A DNA stretch of 63,881 nt, counting the filler, from Reclinomonas americana ATCC 50394 (lineage: Eukaryota): assembly GCA_048213135.1 (NCBI GenBank). It is 17 parts of 17 records of this genome, joined end to end, with 100 filler letters (N's around TTAATTAATTAA, not from the genome) between each part and the next. Parts side by side here need not be neighbours in the genome. Positions count along the whole stretch, not along the records: positions 35,594 to 43,946 come from AFZH01019323.1; positions 44,047 to 51,538 come from AFZH01019324.1; positions 51,639 to 53,097 come from AFZH01019325.1; 14 more parts are not named here. The stretch is one strand, 5' to 3'. A model generated the notes under the pieces. The model was not told where the DNA came from, did no database searches, and was given only the letters and a program-made list of their open reading frames with translations. Positions 40,801-52,299 of this stretch are shown in pieces; within the stretch, counting starts at the first letter, position 1; each line of letters starts with the position of its first letter. A program made the translations under genes and the position numbers.

Positions 40801-43800
40801 GTAGCCTTGCCAGCAACAGCTGTTCATCGTTGCTCATCATTGCAGAACCACTCTCTCGTCGCTGTGGATACACATCATGAGATGCTGTCAGTGTGCACAA
40901 CCGCCTCACCATCCATGGTCGTACCTTGCTCCTTTCACCATCGCCCATGTCCTCGTCCTCATCGTCGTCCATTTCCTCCCTCGAATCATCCTTCTCCTCC
41001 TCCTCCTCTTTCATCTCTTCTTTTTTCATCACCTTCGCCTCCAGCAGAGCTGCATCTCACTTGTCAGTTCTGACCCCAAGCACGGTAAGACGAACTCGAT
41101 GCCATCAAACCTCTTTCGCCGCACCACTCGACGGCCCGTGCGATCTCCACCTCCGAGAGACAGCCGTCTCGAATCAACGACGTTTGCAAGCCAGGGCACT
41201 CATGCAGGGCCTGCGCGGCTTGGGAGACGAGCGGCAGGAGCCGGTCGTTGCTCTTCCGTTTGCTCTCCATCATCTTCCATGACTCCTACAGCACGGCCGA
41301 CATCGTGGAAGAAGCACGTGAGCCGACACAAACCGAGAAATGCAAAAAATGCGCACAATGGAGATTCGGCACACCGCAGAATGGCCACGTTCGTCCACCA
41401 CATTCAGTGGTCTCTCAATGACATCCGCCAGAGCTGCGCCGCGCAGTTCGCTCTCCTGCAAGAGTTGCACACGCATCGTTGTTGGCTCCCTTTCCAGTTA
41501 AATGTGAGAGATGGACAGAACAAACATATGCTCACCTCAATGAACTTGCTCATGCTCTGGAGCACTCCCTCAACGGACTTGGTCGTCTTGATGCGTGCAT
41601 TTTGGACGACGTTGCCAAGACTCTTGCTGAATGAGTCCATGGATACGGAAGACGGAGAGCCAGTTCCTGAAAAAGGGATCTCACACTCCTTGCATGCGAG
41701 TTCAACGAGAATGCGCTGATGATGCCAGACTGCAGATCGCATCACCACAGGTGCCATGATGCCGAATGCCTTCACCAGTATCTTCTTCTTGTTGCACCGC
41801 TGTTCGCACACATATGAACGCCCAAGTGTAATGACAGGCAGACACATGAAAATGTAAACCAATCAGTCTTGCTGAGGTGCAAAGGACATGCACACGCAAC
41901 AAGCAGTCTGTCCAACGTCATTCGTTCGTCCTTGCTCAAACTCGCATCGAAAGCATCGCGACCACCCTTGACGCGCTGCAAATGCACACACGACGCGACA
42001 TCGACAATCAGCAAGCCTGCCTCATCAACCACGCAGACATTGTCTCGTTATACCTTTCTCGGCTTCGATTCTTCGCCATCGTCACTGCCGGTCTCCACCT
42101 GCGGACACACAAGGCATCAACGCTTGACCAAGTCGATGAAGACTCCCACAAAGCCTCCCTTACTCAAGCACTATTGCTGCGCACCTTGATGTCATCATCT
42201 TCAAGCTTGACGGCATCCTTCTCTTCTTCCACATCCTTCTCCTCCTTCACCACCGTCTTCACATCGCCAGATTCTGCATGGTACTCATCAACATCAATGC
42301 AAGCAACACTAACTGCCACTTGAGATCGCAGACCTTTCGCATGGCACCAAGCGACGGCGCGTGATATCCTGGCCTCGGAGAGGCGACTGTCTCGAAGCAG
42401 AGCAGCCATGAGACCGTCGCACTCGCGCAACGCATCCATGGCCTGCTTGACAAACGGCTGAAGATTGTCTTTCTTGGTTTTGTGCACTGGTGCCAATCTC
42501 ACCCACGATTCCTGTCACAAGCAAGCCGAGTGAACGGAAGTCAGTCGACATGATCACAACACACGCAGAAAATCATGCAACAGAGCTGACCTCCGTATAA
42601 CCGCGCTCATCCACCGCAATCAGTGGTCTCTCAACAGCATCCACCAGAGCCGCGCCACTGAGTTGGCTCATCTGCAGGATTGCAATCACCTGCATGTCGG
42701 TTCACATGCCACGGTCATTCACAGGCACACATGCTTGCTCACCTCGATATAGTTGCCCACTCGCCGGAGCACACCCTCCACTGACTTGGGCATCATGCCT
42801 CGCGAGTTACTCGCAGTCTCGCCAAGTCTCTTGCCAAATGCACACTTGACAGCGGACGACGTGCGACTCCGTTCCGACAACGGAATCCCGCACTCGTCAC
42901 AGGCCAGCTCAAAGAGAACACTCTGATGGTGGATGACTGTGGATCCTTGGACAATAGGCGCCATTAACCCGAATGCCTTCAGCAGAATCCGCTTCCGATT
43001 GCATCGCTGCGAGTGACACGAAGAACAGTGAGTGCGACGAGGAGATGGGTTGCAATGATGCGAGCGCATGCACACGCAACAAGCAGCCTGTTTAGCAACA
43101 GCTTCTCGTTGGCGCTCAACTCCTCTGGTTCTTTCGCAGCTCGACTCTTGCCACGCTGTGAATCCACGATGACAAAAGAGAACCAAATGCAGATCTACGA
43201 ATAAGCACAACAATGTTCAGCGACAGAAAATCCATACCTTCTTCTTCTTTTTCGGCGGTACAAGCTCGTCCTCGCTGGATGCATCCACCTGCAGACAACG
43301 AAGAGAAAACATCAGGTGTCAACAGTCATGCAGGAGCGAGAGCGGCATCTGAGACGCGTGTCTCATCGGAGCTCACCTCTAGAGAATGCTTGCGGGCTGA
43401 TGTCTCGACTGAGTCACGTGCTGGCAAGTCCTCATCGTAATCCACCAGAGACGAGTCGACTCGCTGTCTCCTCGCACGCTGCTGTGCAATCAATCCAAAG
43501 AAAGAGAAGGCCAGTGAGAGACATGCTCATCTTTGGATGACAAACAATCACTGTACCTCGACAATGCCTTCCATCGCCGTGTGTTCCATGTGCTCCTGGT
43601 GAGCAGCTGTGTGCATGCATCACCCTCGTGAGACAACACGTGACGCGCGAGCACCAAAGGCAGCAAGAGAGAGAGAGAGAGACGCACCTTGCGCAGCGAG
43701 ATTCTCCGCGTCGCTTCGGGCAGCGGCAATGGCTGCTGTGCTCTCGTCGGTGAGTTTTTTCATATTCTTGTCCTCCAAGAAGCCAGCTGGTTCTGCAACA

Positions 43801-43847
43801 GGGAATGAAGAAGAAGAAGAAGAACAAGAAGGAGAAGAGAGAGAAGA

Positions 43848-43946
<99 letters not shown>

Positions 43947-44243
43947 NNNNNNNNNNNNNNNNNNNNNNNNNNNNNNNNNNNNNNNNNNNNTTAATTAATT
44001 AANNNNNNNNNNNNNNNNNNNNNNNNNNNNNNNNNNNNNNNNNNNNTCATCCTCATTGCTGTTGATGGAGGGAGAGGAGGAATGCATCGTCATCATCGTC
44101 GTCACATGCTGCTTGCTGTCGATGAGCATCATGTCTGCTTTCTCATCGTCACACGGAGAAGAGGCAGACATTGACAGAGAAGGAGTTGTTGTTGTTGCTG
44201 TTGAGTGAGGGCGTGGAGGAGGAGGACGAGGTCGAGAGGCCAT
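37828..44243 (-). CDS. Array gene copy 4, five modules
   Basis: Core exons at 42743-43006, 41536-41799, 40455-40718, 39442-39705 and 38393-38656, all 264 nt. Stop TAG 37828-37830. Confidence 0.82.
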
Positions 44244-45431
44244 TTGTGTGTGTCTCTGTTGTTGTTTCGCACACACGCGCGCTGCGTGATGCAAGAAACG
44301 AAGAGAGAGAGAAAATGAAGATTCGTTGATCCGAACAGCAAGATGAAAAGGTGACAAGTCGTGATGTGGAGGGAGGAGGAGTGTGGTGGGGAAGAAGAGG
44401 AGTGTCAGAACTGGGCAACCCTGGGTGCATCGTCAACTGCGATTGTTCTCCATGACAAGCCACGCATGTCTCTTTGTTTGGATCTTTCTCTCATGGAGAG
44501 AACATGGATCAGGGGAAGCTGGAGCTGAGATGATGATGGACGACAACTCCACACAGGGTACAACAGCGCACGTGAGCAGCTGCATCATGGCAGCATCACC
44601 TCGAGGAAGAGCCGCAGACAGACACAATGAGAAGGTCTCGATCTCGGCGATGCAGCTGAACACCACAATCCTGCTCGTCATCGTGTCTGCATTCCAACCG
44701 CGCCCGTTGAGATGGTGTCAAGTGCTGGTGCAGGAGTATCCGGAAAGCAGCAGCTCCTTCTCCTTCAAAATCGAACCACATGCACACGTGCACGAGTCAT
44801 CTGCACAATTTCGCAATGGATTCTCCCGTCCCCGCAGCTGCTGGTGGGCCATCATGCACCTGCAATGTGCTGCTCTGCCGCTGCCATGAACACAGAAGAA
44901 GCACGTGTCGTTGGTTACCAATCTGGCTGGACATGGTCAACAAGACAGCCATTCTCGTGTTTGTTGTCGCTGAGAGTGAGCAACACGCACGCATACAAAT
45001 GGATGCCCCGGGGCGGCTGCACCCACAATACCATGATGGCCCCAATTTCCAACCATTTTTCACTCGTCTAGCTGCCCCTCCTGCCACAACAACAACAACA
45101 GCAGTCAGCAGTATGAAGACAAGACTCTCAAGCAGAGTCCATCCCGCACAGCACGAGGCAACTTCTCAATTAAGCAGTGTCCCCCTTGGTGCACTGTGAT
45201 TCTGCTTTTGTCTTCTTCTTCCCCGACAAGCTCCACCAATCTCACAAACAACATGCACGTGTTGCCTGCCCAGTGAAACCTTTCTCCCTCTCTCACGCAT
45301 CCCTCCTTCAACCAAATCACTCTCACACCCTCGCCACTCACCGATGCAGGCATGCCACAGTCCATCCTCAGCAATGTCTTGTTCTGCACATCAAGCACCT
45401 TCTCCATCACCACTACTCTGAATTTCTTGCT

Positions 45432-48400
45432 CTACATGTCCTCGTCCTCCTCGTCCTCCTCCTCCTCCTCCTCCTCCTCGCCCTCCTCGTCCTCCTCTTT
45501 CTTTACCACCTCCATCTTCACCGGTTTCTCGTCACCCAGCACTGCATCATGCTTGTCAGATCGGATAATGGCACAACATGCAATAATGCAGGTGCTAGCT
45601 CATGGTTGCCGCTGGAGCACTCACCGGCACGCTCAATCTCCTCCTTCGAAAGGCAACCATTTCGAAGCAGAGTAGCCAGCAGGCCAGGACAAGTGCGGAG
45701 CAGATGCATGGCTTGTGTGACAAATGGCAGAAGAAAATTAGGCCTGCCACTCTTCCGCAACTCTGCTGATTCCTGTCAATCGAAAACGAGTAAGTGAGTC
45801 AAGAGTCATTGGTACACGACAGCACAAAACCACCACGGTCCACATGCCTCAGAGTAACCACGCTCGTTAATCACAATCAGTGGTCCCTCGACAGCATCCA
45901 CCAGCTCAGCTCCTCGAAGTCCGCTTTTCTGATAATTCCACGTGCACATTATGGAAGGCAGGTCAGTTGCCATGCACACACCACATGCGGATGTGACACA
46001 GAAATAACAAACTGACACTCACTTCGATGAAATCGCTCACGCTCTGGAGCACACCCTCCACTGACTTGGGCGTTGTGCCGCGTGCCTTGTCGGCACTATT
46101 GGCAAGACTCTTGCCAAATGCAGACATGACTGCAGATGACGGGCAGCCGGGTCCCTCTGACGGTATGTCGCACTCGTCACAGGCAAGCTGGAAGAGAACG
46201 CGCTGATGATGGAGGACTGTAGATGCCATGGCCACAGAGGCCATGAGGCCGAATGCCTTCACCGATATCCTCTTCTTGTTGCAACCCTGCTCTCGGGTGT
46301 GACGGATGGGTGAAAGTGAGCAGGTTACGACAGTATCAGTGGCGGCATGCAGAGAAACACGCAACAAGCAATCTCGCCAGCATCAACTGCTCGTTGATGC
46401 TTAACCTTGCAGGATCAGTCTTTCTGCGCTGTGAAACAGAAGCCACGCAGTATGAAGATGTGCCTCTCGCATCACAAAGGACGCAGCGTCGTCGGGCGTA
46501 CCTTCTTTCCCTTCGCGTCATCATCCTCATTCTCGCTGTCGTCATCATCTTCTTCCTGCTCACCCTTTCTCTCCTTCTCTTTCTTCGCCATCTCCATCTC
46601 CCTGACGACTGGTCACTTGCTTGTCAGCACATGCAGATCTGCATTATCAAGCCACGAAGACAAGCAGCCAAACCTCTTTCACTGCACCACTCGGCGGCGC
46701 GTGCAATCTCCGCCTCCGACAAACAGCCGTCTCGAAGCAGAGTGGCCAGCAAGTCAGGACACCTACAAAGAGCTTGCCTGGCCTGGGTAACGAATGGCGA
46801 AAGAACATTAGAAGGGCCTCGGTTCTGCGACTTTTCTGCTAATTCCTACCATCCGAGCCACGTCAATGTGAGCCAGCTGTCAGTGACGCACATCAGCACA
46901 CACAGTTTCACACGCGCCTCAGAGTAGCCACATTCGTCAATCACAATCAGCGGCCTCTCGACAGCATCCACCAGCTCAGCTCCCCGAAGACCACTCTTCT
47001 GATGGCGACATCCACGTCGAAGTCGAGTCAGGTGCCACGCACACAACAATCGGAAGGATACTGAAACGCCACACCGACACTCACCTCTACGAGGCTGCTC
47101 ATGCTCTCAAGCACACCCTCCACTGACTTGGGCGTCCTGTTGCGTGCCGTGTTGGCACTCCTGGCAAGACTCTTTCCAAATGCAGACATGACTGCGGCTG
47201 AAGGGCTGCCCGGTCCCTTCGATGGTATTCCGCATTCGTCAAAGGCAACTTGGAGGAGAAGGCGCTGATGATGCAAGACTGTGGATTTCAGCACTACGGG
47301 CGCCATGAGGCCGAATGCCTTCACCAGCATCCTCTCCCTATCGCAACCCTGCTCCAAGGTGTGGTGAGCCGATGAGAGTGACAGCAGTGCTGGAAACATG
47401 CAGAGAGATAGCAGCAACACGCAACAAGCAGTTTCGACAGCATCAATTGTTCGTTGATGCTCAGCTTCGCAGGACCACTCTTGCGGCGCTGTGGAGCGCC
47501 ATCCACACAGAGTTAGGACAAGCACCCAACTCGCAACTAACGGAAGCGGGCGATGGGAGCGTACCTTGCCATCGTCCTCGTCCTGCTGCTCTTCCTCCCG
47601 CTTCTCCTCTTTCTTCACCATCTCCAACTTCCGCAGAGCTGTTCAGTCGTTGGTGAGCACATGCACAGTGCAGCCATGAAAGTCACACAGCCGAACCTCG
47701 TTCACTACACCACTCGACGGCGCGTGCAATCTCCGCCTCGGACAGACAGCCGTCTCGGAGCAGAGTGGCCAGCAGGCTTGGGCAGTCGTGGAAGGCATCC
47801 ACGGCCTGTGTGATGAATGGCAGAAGAGGGTATTGCTTGTTGAGCTGCATCCTCGGCAAGCGCGATGACTCCTGACAACCGAATTCCAGAGCACAGAATG
47901 TGAGAAAACACCATTCATGACACAAAACGTACACAGAGCACAAGGCAGGCATACCTCAGAATAGCCGCGTTCATCCACCACAACCACAGGTCTCTCAATG
48001 GCGTCCGTCAGGGCAGAGCCATGCAGTTCACTCTTCTGCATTCCGTACATACTTTAGAGCTGGCCGTTGATTGATTCAGTCAAGTAATATGGACGATACT
48101 CACCTCGATAAGGTCGCTCATCATTTGGAGCACTCCCTCCACTGACTTAGGCGTCTTGGTGCGTGCATGTTGGACGACACCGACAAAACTCTTGCCAAAT
48201 GAGCTCACAACTGCCGACGAAAGGCAGCCTGCTTTCGATGGAGGGACGCCACACTCCTTGCATGCCAGGTCAAAAAGAACACGCTGATGATGGCGGACGG
48301 TGGATTTCATCGCCATCGGTGCCATGATGCCAAATGCCATCACCAGTACTTTCTTCTTGTTGCAGCACTGCTCTCCCATGAATCACATCGGTCACTCAAT

Positions 48401-51400
48401 CAGCCAGACGACTGCCAGAGAAGGACATAAATGCAAACACACGCAACAAGAAGCCTTGCTAGCAGCAGCTGTTCGTCTTTGCTCATTGCCGCAGAACCAC
48501 TCCCTCGTCGCTTTGGACACACATCATGAGATGCTGTCATAGTGTGCACAGCCGCCCCACCAAACATGGTCGTACCTTGCAGCTGTCCCGTTCACCCATG
48601 TTGTCGTCCTCATCTTCTTCCCTCTCGTCACTCGAATCATCCTCCTGTTCTTCCTCTTTCATCTCTTCTTTTTTCATCACCTTCGCCTCCAGCAGAGCTG
48701 CAACTCACTTGTCAGTTCTGACCCCAAGCACGGTAGGACGTACTCGATGCCATCAGACCTCTTTCGGCGCACCACTCGACGGCCCGTGCGATCTCCGCCT
48801 CCGAGAAACAGCCGTCTCGAATCAACGACGTTTGCAAGCCAGGACACTCCCGTAGCGCCTGCGCGGCTTGGAAGACGAGCGGCAGGAGACGGTCCGTGCT
48901 CCTCCCTTTACTTACCACCGTCTGCCATGACATCGTGGAAGAAGCATGTAATTCAACAACTCAAAGCAGAAGTACAAAAAGCGCACAGGGAAAAGTTGGC
49001 GCACCTCAGAATAACCACGTTCATCCACCACAATCAGTGGTCTCTCAATGGCATCTGCCAGAGCGGCGCCGCGCAGTTCACTCTTCTGTCCAGTTGCACA
49101 TGCATCGTTGTTGGCTCCCTTTCCAGTTAAATGTGTGATATCGACTGCACAGACACATGCTCACCTCGATGAAGTTGCTCATGCTCTGGAGCACTCCCTC
49201 AACGGACTTGGGTGTGCTGGCGCGTGCATTTTGGACAAATAAACCAAGGCTCTTGCTGAATGCGTCCATGGCTGCAGGCGACGGGCTACCAGCTCCTGAT
49301 GAAGGAATGCCACACTCCTTGCAGGCGAGTTCAACGAGAACGCGCTGATGATAGAGGACGGCGTTTCCCTTCAGAATAGGTGCCATGATGCCGAATGCCT
49401 TCACCAGTATCTTCTTCCTGTTGCATCGCTGTTTGCACATACACAATACAACAAGTGTTACGACAAGCATGCACACGGAAGAATCAATCACTCAGCCTTG
49501 GTAAGGTGCTGTGGACATGCACACGACACGCAACAAGCAGTCTGTCCAACACCATTCGCTCGTCCTTGCTCATCTCCGCATCGAACGCATAGCGACCACG
49601 TATGACCCGCTGCAAATGCACACATGACGCGACATCCACAATCAGCAAGCCTGCTTCGCCAACCACACAGACAATATCTCATCTACCTTCCTCGCCTTTG
49701 ATTCTTCTCCATCGTCACTGCCGGTCTCCACCTGCGGACACAAGACATTAACGCTTGACAGAGTCGATGAAGAAACGCACAGTCCCACAAAGCCTCTCTT
49801 ACTCATGCACTATTGCTGCGTACCTTGGTGTCATCGTCTTCAAGCTTGACGGCATCATTCTCTTCTTCCACCTCCTTCTCCTCCTTCACCATCATCTTCA
49901 CATCGCCAGATTCTGCGTGGTGCTGATCAATACCAGCGCAAGCAACAGCAACAGCCACACGAAATTGCAGACCGTTCGATTGGCACCAAGCGACAGCACG
50001 TGATATCCCCGCCTCAGAGAGGCGACTGTCTCGAAGCAGAGCAGTCATGAGACCGTCGCACTTGCGCAACGCATCCATGGCCTGCGTGACGTACGACTGA
50101 AGATGGTCATTCTGGGCTTTGCTGTTTGGTGCAAGTCTCTCCCACGATTCCTGTCACAAATAAGCCGAGCGAGCGAAGATCACTGGACATGATCACAACA
50201 CACGCATAGTATCATTGAAAACAAACGCACCTCCGAATACCCACGCACATCCACCACAATTAGTGGACTCCCCACAGCATCTACCAGAGGCGCGCCACTG
50301 AGTAGGCTCATCTGTAGATTGCAATCATCTGAATATCGGTTCAAGATGACATGGTCGTTCACAGTCACACATGCTTGCTCACCTCGATGTAGTTGCTCAC
50401 TCGCCGGAGCGCACCCTCCACTGACTTGGGCATCATGCCTCGCGAGTTACACGCAGTCTCGCCAAGTCTCTTGCCGACTGCACACTTGACTGCAGATGAC
50501 GTGCGACTCCGCTCCGACAACGGAATTCCGCAGTCGTCACAGGCCAGCTCAAAGAGAACACTCTGATAGTGGATGACTGTCGATAGTCGGACAATGGGCG
50601 CCAACAGGCCGAATGCCTTCACCAACACTCTCTTTCGATTGCATCGCTGCGAGTGACACATGAAGAGTTGAGGAGAAGGAGGAGTGCGCTAGGTTGCAAC
50701 GACGACAGAGAACATGCACACGCAACAAGCAGCCTGTTCAGCAACAGCTTCTCTTCTGCGCTCAACTCCTCTGGCTCTTTCGCAGCTCGACTCTTGCCAC
50801 CCTGTGAAATCACGATGACACACAAGAACCAAATGCAGATCTACGAACAAGCACTACAATGTTCAGCGACAGAATATCCACACCTTCTTCTTCTTCTTCT
50901 TTGGCGGTGCCAGCTCGTCGTCGCTGGATGCATCCACCTGCAGAGAACAAAGAAACCATCAGGTGCGAACTGCGATGCACGAGCGAGAGGCAAGTTGAGA
51001 CGCGTGTCACATCGAAGCTCACCTCCAGAGAACGCTTGCGGACCGATGTTTCAACTGCATCACGTGCAGGCGAGTCCTCGTCGTGATCTACCAGAGACGA
51101 GTCGACTTGCTGTCCCCTCGCGCGCTGCTGTGCAACCAAGCCAAGACAGAGAGGGAGAGAGATTACTGAGAGACACGCTCATCTTGGGATGACATACAGC
51201 AACTGTACCTCGACGATGCCTTCCATCGGCGAGTGTTCCACGCGCTCCTGGTGAGCAGCTGTGTCCACCCAGGTGAGACATCGTGACCGAGAACACCAAT
51301 AACTGCGACAGAAAAAGAGAGAGAAAGACGCGCCCTGCTCAGTGCGATTCTCCGCGTCACATCGGGCAGCGGCAATGGCGGCTGTGCTCTCGTCGGTGCG

Positions 51401-51934
51401 CTGCTTCTTCTTCTTGTCCTCCAAGAAGCCAGCTGGCTCTGCAACAGGGAAATCAAGCAACGACAACCCATGAGGAGAAAGAAGAAAAAGAAGAAGAACA
51501 AGAAGAAGGGAGAGAGAGAAGAAGAAGAAGAAGAAGAANNNNNNNNNNNNNNNNNNNNNNNNNNNNNNNNNNNNNNNNNNNNTTAATTAATTAANNNNNN
51601 NNNNNNNNNNNNNNNNNNNNNNNNNNNNNNNNNNNNNNGAAGAAGAGGAGGCAGGCACTCGTCGCCTCGCCATCGCAGGTACACCACGATGAGAAGACGA
51701 CCCCGATGCGCTCTTCTTCTTCTCCGCATCATCATCGTTGCTGTTGATGTTGATGGAGGGAGAGGAGGAATGCATCATCATCGTCGTCGTCGTCACATGC
51801 TGCTTGCTGTCGATGAGCATCATGTCTGCTTTCTCATCGTCGCACGGAGATGAGGCAGACATTGACAGCGGAGTTGTTGTTGTTGCTGTTGAGTGAGGGC
51901 GTGGTGGAGGAGGAGGGGGAGGTGGAGAGGCCAT
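45432..51934 (-). CDS. Array gene copy 5, five modules
   Basis: Core exons at 50383-50646, 49165-49428, 48104-48367, 47085-47348 and 46023-46286, all 264 nt. Stop TAG 45432-45434. Confidence 0.82.
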
Positions 51935-52299
51935 TTGTGCGTGTCTTTGTTGTTGTTTCGCACACACGCGCGCACTGCGTGATGCAAGAAACGAAGAGAG
52001 AAAGCAATGAAGATTCGTTGATCCGAACAGCAAGATGAAAAAAGTGACAAGTCGTGATGTGGAGAGAGGAGGAGGAGGAGGAGGAAGGAGAAGAGGAGTG
52101 TCAGAGAACTGGGCAAACTTGGGTGCATCGTCATCTGCGATTGTTCTCCATGACAAGCAATGCATGTCTCTTTGTTTTCGGACCTCTAGAGGAGAGAACA
52201 TGGATCAGGGAAAGGTGGTGCTGAGATGATGATGGACAACAACTCCACACAAGGTACCACCTTGTCTCTCTCGCGTGACGCCACACTTGCGACTCCCCC

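Larger units (their letters stand above)
12311..52257 (-). repeat. Head-to-tail tandem array of ~7.6-8.9 kb gene-containing units (5 units plus part of a 6th), each with an internal ~1.05-1.2 kb module repeat
   Basis: The MAS(R/P)PPPP..PHS first exon recurs with ATG at 12672, 19327, 28225, 36652, 44243 and 51934. There are 25 homologous core exons. Homology with the other units stops at about 52257. Confidence 0.97.

Noticed and set aside
13091..45199. Recurrent + strand ORF MLLCRCHEHRRSTCRWLPIWLDMVNK.. in each spacer, and other antisense ORFs in the array
   Set aside because: Open in several frames simply because the copies are young; frameshifted in copy 4 and without codon-like conservation. 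Splice signals favour the minus strand.
12311..52257. Array as a transposon, retroelement or endogenous virus
   Set aside because: No recognisable RT, DDE transposase, integrase, Rep/helicase or capsid motifs, and no TIR/LTR; dense spliceosomal introns. A very divergent element cannot be fully excluded.
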